A stretch of DNA of 64,000 nucleotides, taken from positions 99,202,001 to 99,266,000 of the forward strand of contig CM052817.1 in the NCBI GenBank assembly GCA_028534125.1, given 5' to 3'. The DNA comes from Lama glama (lineage: Eukaryota). Both the position numbers and the translations under genes were made by a program. Below are positions 1-12,960 of the stretch, in pieces (position 1 is the stretch's first letter; the number at the start of each line of letters is the position of its first letter). The notes under the pieces were generated by a model, which worked only from the letters and a program-made list of their open reading frames with translations, did no database searches and had not been told where the DNA came from.

Positions 1-7
1 AAAAGCT

Positions 8-173
8 TGGTCTTTTAAACCTTAGCTATGCAAAATGGACGAACAGCACTAGAATCACCTAGGAACTTGCTAAAAATGAAGAATTATAGGTCCCACCCCA
101 TAGCTACTAAATCAAAATCTGGATTTTAATAAGATCTCCAGGTGATTTATACATTAAAGTTTGAAAAGTACTG
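8..173. mobile_element. MER5-like hAT-Charlie non-autonomous DNA transposon
   Basis: Motifs 'agaatcacctaggaacttgctaaaaatg', 'taataagatctccaggtgatt' and 'aagtttgaaaagtactg' resemble the MER5A/B consensus as recalled. Confidence 0.75.
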
Positions 174-589
174 TCTTAGATATCATCAATTTTCAAGATT
201 TTTTAAGATTCTTTAGCAATAATCCAATACAGTAAATCACTAGTTTCCAAGATGTTTATTTCTTTTCTTCTGGAATTCAAGATACTTAAGGTGTCGTGTT
301 TATGATGCTATACTATCTTTATTAATTGCTCAAAATAAAAAAACAAAGATTACGTAAACTTGATCCTTAATTCTAGTCACAGGGTCTACTGGGCTCCTCC
401 CCTTAACCTCCAAATGCAAGCTCACAATACGTTCACATGTGTACACAGCCTATGATGAGTACACAACCTATGACGAGTAACAAAAATTTGACGTTGGAAC
501 AAGTATCGCTAGTTTATGTATGTGACACACACTGTGATTGCGTGCCTTTCCTATTGCACACCAATTCAGACTTTTGCCATACACTATCC

Positions 590-1055
590 CAGCAATGGCT
601 CAGCGACAAAAGAGGGCCTCACTGTCCTAAACCAATGAAGGTAACAGTCACACTCACAAAGACAAACTGTCTCAGAGAAGGGCACTTGGTCCAATTGTTG
701 CATTAAGAAGAAAGGTCAGGAGTTTTGTTGGTTAGTTCCTTTCTTCCTCTTAGGGTGTAAAAGAGAAAGTACATAATTCCAGAAGTATTGAGAGCTCTTA
801 ATGCACCAAGAGAGAAACAAGCCTAAGGATGAAGCCAAAACCCAAAGGGAGCAGAGCTATAGGAATTACAGAAATAGTTTACTCCAAATGGAATCATGAA
901 CTTCCGGATCAATCAAAGACCAGCCTACCATTAGAATTTCTGTGAAATCTTCTTTTTAAGACTTTTTATGAAAACCTATAAACTCCTATTCATTCATTGA
1001 AAGCCAGTATAAATTGGGTTTTCCGTTCCTAACACTATAAGCAACCCAACTGACA
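590..1055 (+). mobile_element. Old ERVL-MaLR (MLT1-type) solo LTR, degraded
   Basis: 3' end 'aagccagtataaattgggttttccgttcc...cccaactgaca' resembles MLT1 LTR termini. Boundaries approximate. Confidence 0.55.
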
Positions 1056-1207
1056 TGGTGTTCATGTACATACATAAGGAATCAAGTATCTCTTAGTCTG
1101 TGCAAAACACTAGGCTGTGGGGATCAAAGGTTGAATTAGCTTGATAGCCTTTGCCCTGGAGAATCCCCATTCCTTCTCGACTGTGAGGAAGGAAGTGGGA
1201 ATAAAAG

Positions 1208-1551
1208 TACGGTTTTTCCTTGTATGAGGAGGACACCTCCATGGATACCAAAATCTGCAGATGCTTAAATCTCTTTCCTAAAATGGCCACAGTACAAAGA
1301 ATACAGCAGGCCCTCCACATCAGCAGAAGCAGCCTGCAGATACACAGAGGGCTGACTGTACTTTAAAAAATCTCTAAATTACTTATAATATTTAATATGA
1401 TGTAAATGCTACGTAAATAGTTACCAGGCACACAAGCAAATTCAAGTTTTGTTTTTTGAAACATTCCGGAATTCTTTTTTTCCCTAATATTTTCTATCTG
1501 CGGTTGGTTGAAACCACATATACAGAGCTTGCAGATACAGAGGGCTGACTG
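1208..1551. mobile_element. MER2-like TcMar-Tigger MITE
   Basis: 'ggataccaaaatctgcagatgc' near one end and 'ggttggttgaa...gatacagagggctgactg' at the other. An internal copy of the terminal motif lies at about 1338-1360. Confidence 0.75.
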
Positions 1552-1967
1552 TTATGTCACTGACATTAAATAATTGAAGCTAAAAATAATTTTTAATAAA
1601 AAGGTATATAGAAAATAATAAGTGGTGTATATGAAAGTCTATGAAGGAAGACAGAAAATTGAACATTTTGAGAAGACAACTTATTCTTAGACGAATGTTT
1701 AAAAAATCTTAAAGCAAAGGCAAGGCAGAAACATGGGTCAGTTTCAGAAAGGAGGATGCAAGACCATTTGACCCAAGTACTAAATACAGGTAGAAGAAGT
1801 AACAGACTGAAGAAGTTCTGGAATGCAGAGTGAGGACTCAAAAAAAAGAAAAAAACTAGAAATAATAGTATATATATATGAATATGTATTATATATATAT
1901 ATGAATAAATATAAGATTGGGAAGCAAAACAAAAACTAGAACAAAGCATCATCCTTGGTAGTTATCT

Positions 1968-2202
1968 TTTTTTTTTTAGGCTTTTTTTTTTTATTGTAGT
2001 AAGAACATGAGAGATCTACTCTTTTACCAGACTCTTTTTTTTCCCACAAGTTTTGCTTTTTTGTTTGTTTGTTTTATGAGGGGGAGGCAATTAGGTTTAT
2101 TTATTTTTTTTATATTTGGAGGAGGTACTGGGGATTGAACCCAGGACCTCGTGCATGCTAAGCACGCGCTCTACCACTTGAGCTATACCCTTCCTGCCCC
2201 CT
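1968..2202 (-). mobile_element. Camelid tRNA-Ala-derived SINE (Vic-1-like) with 3' extension
   Basis: tRNA-like head on the minus strand (gggtatagctcaagtggtagagcgcgtgcttagcatgcacgaggtcctgggttcaatcccc), A-rich tail, and perfect 10-bp TSD gtagttatct at 1958-1967 and 2203-2212. Confidence 0.9.
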
Positions 2203-3362
2203 GTAGTTATCTCTTATCAGTCTTGGACAACTAACTCGCTTTACTTCACTAGGTCTAACTGTCCTCATCTGTAAAATGAGAGGATTTGAGAAGTGCTAAG
2301 AATTATATAATTAGAAGACTCTAGGTAACCTCTAAGAGGTTAGTTTTTGTACACTGGTAAAGGCAAAGTATTTTTTTTACATAAACATTGATGTGGAGAA
2401 AATAAAGCATGCTAAACACTAGATTAATTTATAAGAAATGAAAGGCAAGTGCCATAAGTATATTAAAAATAAAAGACTGGGCCAAACAAACGACAGATAG
2501 TTCAGTTTGTCAAAAATTTGATTTGAGGAAATAAAAGAAAATGTAATTAAAAAATACTTGAAGGGAAGTAGTTTAAATGAAGATAACTACTAGGGAATTA
2601 TTCCAATGTAACAAAAATGTCAACTGCTATGGATATTTTCAGAGATTGCTCCCGGAACCAGGCAGCACTCTAAAGGTTACTTCATTGCTAACCCAACCAT
2701 ACACTGACGCCAACAGGACAAAACAGTAGATAGCTGTAGAATTTTTACACCTTCAATATTCCCTACTGTATACATAGTCTGCCCTTGTCTAAGTTCACTT
2801 GTTAAGAGGAAATTAAAATTCTTGATGATAATTAGAAAATAACTGGCGTCTATACTCCCCTGAAATATCAGATACCTTCATATTAAATGTACTAAAAGTA
2901 CTCAAAAAAGACTTAAATGGCCTATTACTTCTTTACTTAATAAAATATTAGAATAATTTAACTTTATCAAATTATATTTTGCAAACATTTAGTAAGCCAC
3001 TAAAGTTTGCTTGAAAACGCATAATTCTAAAAAGAAGAGTCCAAGGTAAGTTAAATAGCAAAATGGTTTAAAGTGTTCTTTAATGGATCCTCCTTTACAA
3101 TTTAAACAGCAACTTTTCATATCTGACATAAAATCTATAGATATAAATCACATTAAAGGGCTATTCTTTCCAGATTATCAATCTCTGTCTCATTGTGGAA
3201 CATTAGAGTCACATCTAACCTTAAAATACAGTAAAAGGAAACCAAACAAGAATGTTTTGTAAAGATATAATGAGCATGTATCCACTCCTAAAAATATCTT
3301 TAAAATGGAATTTGAACACATTCTTATCAAAAAAACAGTAACATATTCAATGTCTGACTTAC

Positions 3363-3392
3363 CATTCAAATCAAGTACAGATAAGGAATATG
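3363..3392 (-). other. Candidate 30-nt exon
   Basis: Minus strand: tgtgtttgatcttaaag|CATATTCCTTATCTGTACTTGATTTGAATG|gtaagt. Strong donor, moderate acceptor. Confidence 0.3.
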
Positions 3393-3839
3393 CTTTAAGA
3401 TCAAACACATGTTACTTAAGGAATATATATATATTTGTTTGTGTGTGCTTGCGTTTAAAGGTTGAGTGGAGGTACTCCAAGAGATGCTACCCAAAGGTAC
3501 CATCTATCAATAAAATCAAGGGCCAGCCCTAGTATTAACTCAATTTTACATCAACTTTCATTCAATTTTATTTTACATTAACTTTACTGTTTTCCTGTTT
3601 TCATTCAATTTTACATTACATCAACTTTCTGTTTTCCTATTTTAAGTAACACATGAACTAAGTAATATAACATCACAACAATGAGCCGACAAAAATCTGA
3701 ATCTTAAAAAGAAAAGAAATAACCACCTTGGGAACTAACAATTCAAATACATTTGATTATTGCTAAAGAAGTCTTAAGATTTATTACCACAGAATCATAG
3801 CATATAAGATAAATAAACCTAGTTCTTAAATTCACTTAC

Positions 3840-3864
3840 TTGCAGGGCAAAAATAAACTAATAT
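3840..3864 (-). other. Candidate 25-nt micro-exon
   Basis: Minus strand: ttgtttctctctttag|ATATTAGTTTATTTTTGCCCTGCAA|gtaagt. Both sites are near consensus and lie in non-repetitive sequence. Confidence 0.45.
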
Positions 3865-4879
3865 CTAAAGAGAGAAACAATTTAGACTGGCCATTTATAA
3901 CTCAAATATCTATTCTGGCTTTTTAAATGTAAATAAAGAAATATAGACAACACCACATTTAGTCTTTCCTTCTAGATGCTATGTCTCTACACAAATTCAT
4001 TACTAGAACTTTGCATGAAAGCTCAGAGAGGAGTAAAATTAAGCAGATTCCTCTATCATCCTCCTGTAATCACCGCGACCACCTTTGAAATGTTGGCATT
4101 TTCTCAAGGTCTTGTGAAATGTCTCTTGGCAATACCATACACACCCACATCATGTACTGTTATCAATTTAGAGCTGGCTTTCAAATTTTTCAGCTCTGAC
4201 CCCACATTTCCATCTGTAGGATAATCTCCAATCATTCAATAAGTATCTGAAATTTAAAGTGGACAAAACTGAAACTAACATCTTTCTCCGAAACATGCTA
4301 TTACACTGAAGAGAAAGCTACTCTATTTTTGTCATCTGTGACTTCTCAATTTCCCTCACTTCATATCTCACCAATGCATTTTAGCAAAACCTCTTAATCA
4401 TTCTTATCACTGCCCTAATACAGATCTTTATCAGCTCAAAACTCAGCTCTTGAAATCATCTTCTAAGTGCCCTTTTATGACCAGTCCCAGAATTATTTCT
4501 AAAAGAATTCACTTTGGTGTAACACAGATAGACTTATATACCCCACCCACAAAAAAGTACACAACTGTCTAAAATATTAAACAATTAGAACCAAACTCTA
4601 CTAGCCAGATCTTGTGGCCTTTTATAATTCAGTAATGTGGTATATGATCTTTTAACATGCCTGTCTCTCCATCCTATGTGCCAGATACACTCAGATGATA
4701 TACTAATCACCAAATAACCTCAAAACATTTTCAAAGGCCAGAAAATGTATTTTTCCCATAGCTTGCGATGTGAAACAAGTGTAAAGATGTCTATTGAGAA
4801 GGTAAAATGGGAATCTGAAACACAAACCACTAGAAAAGAGGAATTCATGCAGAGAAAAAGTTAAAGAAATCTAGAGTTC

Positions 4880-6950
4880 CTTTTGATTCTTGAAGACATA
4901 AAGTGAAAAAAAGTCTGAAAAGTTCCAAAGTAATTGGAAATTAAACAATACATCTCCAAATAACGTTATATATCAAAGATGAAGTCATAAGGAAAATCAG
5001 AAAATTTGTAGGAGAATTGGCTGTAACAGCATTTAAAGTAAAATTTATAGCTTTAAATTTTATTAGAAAATATTAAATGTTTAATAAAGAAATAATACAA
5101 ATCTTAAATTCAGATGTCAGAAGCTAAGGAATACACAACAAATTTTGCATTAAAGGGATAGAATACTAAACATTAATATATTTTGCAGAAATAAACATGA
5201 AAATCCTCCCTTAGAGCGCTTATAACTCTCTGCCCTTTACTGTCATTGCATTTTTTCTTGTTTTATTAAGCCTAAACATATATTTGCAACACTATCTAGC
5301 TATTCTACTCCTAGGTATTTCTCAAAATGAATGATAACATAAAATAAATTATATGAAAATGCCCACAGTGCTTTTAATCATAAAAGCCCAATACTGGAAA
5401 GGACTGAAAATCCACCTATAGATGAATGGATAAACAAAGTAATGTTGCTCCACAATAAAAAGAAACAGAAGAGTAACACACACAACAATGTGGATTAATA
5501 TCAAAGATTTTATGCTGACCAAAAGAATACACATATTAGAATATCTACTGTGTAATTCCACTTATATGAAATTGTATATAATGTGCAAAACCATCTATAA
5601 TAAAAGAAACCAGATGAGCAGCTGCCTAGGGTACATATGTGTATATGGAGAGGAACTGACCACAGTGAGTCACAAGGGAATTCCCTGAGATGACAGACAT
5701 TTTCCGTATCTTGATTGTGACAGTTACACAGGTATATACACATGTGAAAACTCATCAAACTGTATACTTAAAATGAGTGTATTTTATTTCATATAAGTAT
5801 ACTTCATTCAATAAAGTATATTTAAGAAGTATTTTTAAAAGTTAATAGGAAAGGAATTAACAGGAAAGAAGGTAGTTAAAATATTCATATTTTAAAAATT
5901 AGCTCCTGTATCAACAGGTAAATACCCTCTACAAATCAGAAAAATAGACAACCAATGGACATATAACTAGTAACAAACTGGGAAAGAGACAGACAAGTAC
6001 TTCACAAGAGTAAAAAAACAGATAAAATATAATCTCTTAAATTTTTTAAATAAAAAACTAAAAAATAAATTAAAAAAAATAAATACAAAACAGAAACAGA
6101 CTCATAGACATAGAATACAAACTTGTGGTTGCCAAGGGGACGGGCGGGTGGGAAGGGACAGACTGGGATTTCAAAATGTAGAATAGATAAACAAGATTAC
6201 ACTGTATAGCACAGGGAAATATACACAAAATCTTATGGTAGCTCACAGCGAAAAAAAATGTGACAATGAATATGTATATGTTCATGTATAACTGAAAAAT
6301 TATGCTGTACACTGGAATCTGACACAACATTGTAAAATGACTATAACTCAATAAAAAAATGTTAAAAAAAAAACAGAAGAAAAGATGGACACTTTCAATG
6401 TAAACAAAATTCAAAACAAAACACAGTGAGACACCATTACACAACTACCAGAATGCTAAAATAAAAAACACTGATCAGTTGTTGGTAAGAATACTGAGTA
6501 ATGGAAACAGCTACATACTGGTGTTGGGAGTGGTACACACTTTTGCAATGAGTGTGGCAACATCTATTAAAATTGAAAACATGAACACTTCACAGTCAAG
6601 TAAGCCCGCCCTACAGAAATTCATGACCATGTGCACCAAAAGACTACAAAATGTTCAAAGCAGCATTGTTCATAACAGTTAAAACTGGAAACAACATACT
6701 TGCCAATGAACAGTAGCAGAGATTAGGAGAAACTACTGTTCTGCTAATGTAATAGAATATCATACAGCATTGAAAACAAAATAGGGAAAAGTAACAAATC
6801 AAATGAATCTCACAAGCATAATGTTGTTGAACTAAAAATGCCAGGCAAAACCCATTCTGATGCCATTTATATTAAGTTCAAAAACTGGTAAAGAAATTAT
6901 AATGATAAAAAACCATATTTAAGTATTGAAAGAAAAAACAGAAGAAAATA
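4880..6950 (+). mobile_element. Old L1 (L1M-type) ORF2/3'UTR fragments
   Basis: Degenerate L1 motifs such as 'ggaaattaaacaatacatctccaaataac', 'gatgaatggataaacaaa' and 'catcaaactgtatacttaaaatg'. Interrupted by a young L1 3' end. Confidence 0.6.
6022..6372 (+). mobile_element. Young lineage-specific L1 3' end, 5'-truncated
   Basis: L1 3'UTR ending 'actcaataaaaaaatgttaaaaaaaaaa', closely similar to the reverse complement of 48507-48830. Probable TSD aaaaaacaga. Confidence 0.85.
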
Positions 6951-8190
6951 AGTCATTTCATAATATAAGAAGATTATTTAGCTTAATGGAGCAAAAGGGG
7001 TTGTGACTGGATAGATATATACAGAGGTCTTCTCACAAACACTTTCAGTATCAAGAAAAGGAGGTAAATTAATGTTAAATGCACATTTTCCCTAGAGTTA
7101 AGTTTCTGTATATTTTATGAGAAACAGATTATAAAGGAAATTTTCAATAAGTTTGCATAATATTGTGAAATAAAAGTAAATTCCAGTTTTCAAGGCTAAA
7201 ACTTTTAAACTAGCATGTAAGCCTTTGTCCTAATTTAGTAACATTTAATGTTAATTAAGCACTTGAAATGCATTGGTTTTATAAGTTTCGTGTTTCAAAC
7301 ATTTTTAAAATTAAAAAGAAACTTATACTTGCTTTTAAAATCAAATCAAAAAGTAATCACTTAAATGAAATAAAAAGAAAGTTCTGCCTTCCACCTCCTC
7401 CCTGCTTCACTGTTCTCTACAGGGGCAGACACTGTCAATGGTAAACTATAGTTCCTATGTAAATGAAATCAAACTATACACCATTCCATGTCAGGACATA
7501 TAGGTCTACCTTCATTCTTTCTCATGGCTACACAAAGAGTATTGCATTTTCAGTTAACTAAACATACCTTCCAGTAAACACTTTGTATACACCTTATATC
7601 ACAATTTATCTCAAAATCACTTATACTGTAAATTACTTGTCTCATTGTAAACCATTTAAAAGGGAAATCACCTAAGGGACAACAAATTAAGAAGCCTTTC
7701 AATACTTCAATTTTGGAGATCTTTGCTCTTGATCTCTTAACTCAGATTTGAAGTCTAATCATAAAAAAAAAAAAAGTTGTCCAGAGAAATCTTACAAAGA
7801 CTCCTGAAAAAGACTTAGAAAAATGAAAGCTTAAAAATCTCAGCAGCAAAAGTCAACCAATGACAATGTGTGACAGCCACCTTTAATTCTGAAATGATTC
7901 CTCTGTCATCCAACGCCTCAAAGTATTGATTTCTCTCAGCATGAAAAAGCCTAAGCCAATGAAACAGATATAGCATCATCCCCCCGATAATAGCATTCAA
8001 GGTTAACACAGGCAGAACACTTATCAAACTATCGCTTCCATTTCTTATTGTTTTAATGGACTGAATACAGTGTGTTGGACTCTTATCTCTACAACTTAAA
8101 GTCTTCAAACAGTATTTTTAAATAATTTGAAGATTAATATAAGTTCTAATTTTTTACTTTAGATTTTTGATAATGAAAAAATTATTTTAA

Positions 8191-8270
8191 AAGCTTTTAC
8201 ACATTTGTAAAGGCAAGTAAATACTAAAAAGAGCTTTTATATATTTGTAAAGGCAAGAAAATACTAAAAA
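8191..8270. repeat. 40-bp tandem duplication (2 copies, 4 mismatches)
   Basis: aagcttttacacatttgtaaaggcaagtaaatactaaaaa followed by gagcttttatatatttgtaaaggcaagaaaatactaaaaa. Confidence 0.9.
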
Positions 8271-8894
8271 CAGGGCTACAGTTTCCATTTGTATGTCAAA
8301 TGCAAATAAAATGTTATTATTTCATTACTTCATTACTTATTAACAATAAAAATCACAAAATTCTTAAGTAAATACCAAAACACCTTCCAAAAACACAAGC
8401 TGATTTCTTCAACAATGCCTGCATACATCAGTTTGGTAAGTAAAGTAAAATATGGTTAGTATTTGTGATCAATAAAATTAATATAAAATTTAAATAGATG
8501 AGGTTAAACTCAAGTAATTATATTTTTAAAAATCATAATATGAGACAGAAATGTATCTTCATATAAGATTATATAATTATACACAAATGCATAGACACAC
8601 AAAGAGAAGAATCAAGAAGTTTAAGCTTTACTTTTTGCTAATCTGCACAAGAGCTGGATACCTTAAGCAAATTCTATAATCTTTTAACTCAACATATCTA
8701 TCTAACCATTAGGTTTACTGAAAGCATACAAAACTAGGGTCTCATACTTACACTAGGCTAATATGATTACATTTACACACCTAAACTACAAATAGGTAAG
8801 TCTCAGGCTTAAGTTTCAAATAAAGGTAGTCTAAGAACAAGCATGAAAACCAGAAAGACAAAAAGTCATTAATTCATTGTCATAAAAACCATAG

Positions 8895-9020
8895 TTAACA
8901 TAGTTAAGAGCACAGATTCCTGAGCCAGACAACCTGAGTTTAAATCTTGGCTCTGACACATTCATGCTCAGGCAAGGTATTTAACCTCCCTATGCCACAG
9001 TTTCCCCATATAAAAAGGAT
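8895..9020 (+). mobile_element. MIR SINE fragment
   Basis: 'atagttaagagcacagattcctgagccagac...ggcaaggtatttaacctccctatgccacagtttcccc' matches the MIR core. Confidence 0.7.
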
Positions 9021-11296
9021 ATAATGTGATGTGCTTTTCCTAAGAATCCATTAATAACAGACATGAAATAATCCGAATGTTGACAGGCATATACGGTAAC
9101 ACCAAACACTCATTGTAGACTTAGTCATGAAGTTAACAAACTACACAGCAAACAATCCCTCTCTTCCACCATCTCAACATAGTTGAGAGATGGGGAAAAT
9201 ATATATATAATTACAATTTGAGATAATTGCTAAAAACGGTATGTATGGTATGTCTGGAAAGAGCAAGAAAGAACTATTCCAAACCAGAGATGGTTTCACA
9301 AGGGAATTAAAGGCTAAGTAACTGTTCACCAAGAAGAACGCGTTCAGTTAACATAGAAAAAAGAAAAAAAATCTGGCAACATAAAGGAAAGATAAGAATA
9401 AAAGAATAAGACATGTAATGACCACAGCTCTTTTTAAATACACCAATACATGCTTGTTTATATTTTCCTTGGGTGCCTAATGTGTTTTTATCTATTTCCT
9501 TCATTTAAAAAAATTGGTCCTCAAAGGTTTATATAAATCATTTAACATATATAAACAGTTGATTTGATCAACTGTTAAGATAACTAGGATATATCATAAA
9601 CTTGAACCTTAAATACAGGCTTGATCTATCCACAAGGAGTATATTCAGACCTTTTCTTGGAAGAGATTTTTCAATGGCAGTAACAGATCCAGTTCTCTAT
9701 CAAGAATATATTGTATATAATCAGAATATACTAAGAGGATAGTGAAGAAAAAACATTTTTCAATTTGGATTTAATTTATTTAATTTAGCACTGCTCATTG
9801 GTATGAGTTCACTTTAACCTATGCTACAGTTCCTTTGCCTTTTTGTACCTTCCCACCTTTAATGGAGTGCCCAGTAATACAGCTCTGTTTTTCAAAGCTA
9901 GAGAAGCATCACAATTTTCAAAGAGAAGCAGACATATCAGCCCAACAATGATACCTTCTTTAGGTTCACATATAAATCTAAAAAGTATGATTTTTTTTGA
10001 AATACGTGCATGAAAATGTTCCATTCAAAAGTTACCCACAGAAGACTGACAGCTGAAAATGCTGTGAGCCTAGCTTTTAATCTGGCCATTATCAAGAAGC
10101 TAAAATAGAAAGTGAGACCAGTTAAAACACATCCTAGAAGAATCACTAAAAATAGTGCATTCCAGAATGAATACAGCACACTCTGGAAATACACTGAGAA
10201 ATATGCTTGTAGAGTCCAGGTGGGGAAGATATACCTGAACACATATGGTAAACTGGAGTGGGACTTGCCCTTAAGGAATCTGATGGTCCCACTGTCAATC
10301 AACCAGAGGGAGGAGAAAAAAAAAAAAAAAGATGAACCTTGGACCTAGAAAGAACCAACATTCTTTTCATTCTAAGACTGGAGGCAGGTGGGCCTGGACT
10401 GTAAGAAGAAGGAATGTGGTCACAGAAGCTCACCATGTGGGGGAAGCTGAACAAGCCCCTGCAACCTGGTAAAGGGAGTGAGACAGAGATCAAGGAAAGT
10501 CAAGAGGAAATCTACGCAGGCGCATGACCTATGAATTAGGAGATGCAATATTCAGTAATGGGCTTTACTTTCCTTTTCTGCATTGTGATGCCCTTCTGTT
10601 GTTAGGCTTACGAATGAGAAAAGGAAAAGTATATGACCATGCTTTAAACAACAAGATAAAGAAAAAAACAGCAGCTTCCTGGAAAAGCCACATGTATGAG
10701 AGGAAGAGGTAGCCTGCAGGGCTGACATGGCAGCAGTCTGGATCAGGGCCCTACGGCAGAGGTAAGCATCCCAAGAGAACTGTGGGACGTATAAGTGTTC
10801 CTTGGATGATGTTAAAGATTACTTAGAATAAAAAAAATTCTCTCTTTTTAACTTTAAAAGTAACAATAATAGCTGTATCATTAAACATTTACTACAGACT
10901 CACGGTAACAGGCACTTTGCATTTATCAAATACCATTTACTCTTCACAAAATTACTGTAGGTAGGCACCATTATCATCTTGATTTTAACGTGAGGCAATA
11001 GTGTCTCAGCTCACATAGCTAGGAAATGACAGAGCCAAGATTAATGCACTAGGTTATCTGACTGGAAAGTCAGAGCTATGCAAAACTGCACTGTAGTAAT
11101 CATGTGGTCTCATTGGCTGGGTGCTCAAACTAAAGTGATCTGAGCATTTAAAAGGACTTACAGTACCCCTTTACTTAACTAAGATAGTATTTCATAAGTT
11201 TCATGATTGTTTATCAACATCATTTTTATCTAAGGTAAAGAAAATAACAATGACAGAAAAGCTACAATTAAAAAATATACATGTTGTCAAGCTTAC

Positions 11297-11314
11297 CATT
11301 TCCCTGTTCCTGCT
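11297..11314 (-). other. Candidate 18-nt micro-exon
   Basis: Minus strand: ctcttttatatttatttcatctatag|AGCAGGAACAGGGAAATG|gtaagc. Long pyrimidine tract, purine-rich exon, length divisible by 3. Confidence 0.5.
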
Positions 11315-12134
11315 CTATAGATGAAATAAATATAAAAGAGGATAAGAAAGACGTCCAAAACCATAATGCAAGTAAATAAATACCAAAGCTCAGATGAAAT
11401 TGCCATTCTACTGCTTTGCTATTAAGCTATGATGACTCAAGATCTATTAATCAGCTATTTCTTCAGGAAATGACAAAACTGATTATGTAAAGTGTATATC
11501 AAGAAAGAAATGTGGCCAGACAATGGGATGCATTAACCACCAATGTAGGACCATCATGGGAAACAGAATGGTATCATGCTTAGCTTCAAAAAATTATCAT
11601 TAACTCTAACCCACCTCTCTCACACCCTTTTTAAGGTGAGATGTTCAAATATGAGTAAAGAGTATAAGGGGAAAAAACAAGAAAGGATAAAATAAAAAGA
11701 AGAGAAAGAATGAATTAGAAAAGACAAACAGGAAAGCATAAATGGGAGGTTCACTTTGCACCCTCATAATTACAAGTTTTCTTTAAAGTCTGTAGGAAAA
11801 ATACAGTATCATTATATTTCATTTGCCCTGTATTTCAACCACAAACTGAAAGACAAAATGGAGAATTCGATCAGTAACAGGAATAGAAAATAAAGAAATG
11901 GACCAGGATGAAAAAAGTTTTGTGTGTCATTCAACTAATTTTTAAATAGCTCAGACTCATTTTTCACTCTACCAATTTTATGTGCATGTAAGAAGAAATA
12001 AATAAAGTCAGCAGAGAAGAGAAAAATAAATAGGAAAAAAATATGCTTATGGTTTGGCTTCAAATATCTTCTACAAAAGTGAATGAAAGGAAACAAAAAT
12101 TACTACATAGCTGATACTCTAATAATAAAACTAG

Positions 12135-12960
12135 TACAAGAAACATCAAGTGTTGGGGAAGATGCAGAGGAAAGGAAACCCTCATGCACTGTTGGTTAGA
12201 ATATAAATTGGTGCAGCCACTATGAAAAACACATGGAGGTTCCTCAAAAAATTCAAAATAAAATTACCATATAATCCAGCAACCCACTTCTTTATATTCA
12301 AAGGAAATAAATCACTTTCTCCAAGAGATATCTGCACTTCTATATTCATTACAGCATTATTAAAAATAGCAAAAACATGGAAACATCTTAAGTATTCAGT
12401 GACAGATAAATGGATAAACACAATGTGGTATACACATATAATGGAGTATTATTCAGCCTTAAAAGGGGTTGGGGGGCGGGGAGAGATTGCCAGCTGTGAT
12501 GCATGGATGACTCTAGAGGACAGTAATGCCAAGTGAGATAAGCCATACACGGAAAGACAAATATTACATGATTTCACTTATATGTGGAACTCAAAAACAA
12601 AAAAGTTTAACCAATGGTAAGAGAGTAGAATGGTAGCAGCTAGAGGCTGAGGTGGGGGAAAGGGAAGATATTAATCAAAGGGTACAGAATTTAAATTCTG
12701 AGATTAGCAAATTCTGGATATCTAATGTACAGCATGGTAACAATAGTTAATAAGATTATTATGTACATGAAATTTGCTGAGAGAAGATATCAAGTGTTCA
12801 TCCACAAAGATAAAAAATGGTGTGAGGTGATGGATAAGTTAATTTGCTCAATTGTGGTAATCACCTCACAATGTACACATATATCAAAACATCATGTTAT
12901 GCACCTTGAATATACAATATTCATTTGTCAGTCATACTTCAATAAAGTGGGGAAGAAAGA
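12135..12960 (+). mobile_element. L1 (L1MA/MB-type) ORF2 C-terminus and 3'UTR
   Basis: ORF 12222-12536 translates to an L1 ORF2 C-terminal-like peptide (WRFLKKFKIKLPYNPA...FITALLKIAKTWK...WYTHIMEYYSALK). Followed by 3'UTR ending 'caataaag'. Confidence 0.9.

Noticed and set aside
440..477. 18-bp tandem duplication; also degenerate repeats at 3541-3645 and the 40-bp duplication at 8191
   Set aside because: Two-copy slippage products with no spacers. Not CRISPR-like and no evidence of function.
2876..2891. Further weak minus-strand pseudo-exons (here, and near 17259, 17955 and 23300)
   Set aside because: Weak acceptor or donor and/or in-frame stops. Such matches are expected by chance in AT-rich intronic DNA.
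7815..8108. 97-aa minus-strand ORF in unique sequence
   Set aside because: Non-ATG start, no recognisable domain and no convincing flanking splice sites.
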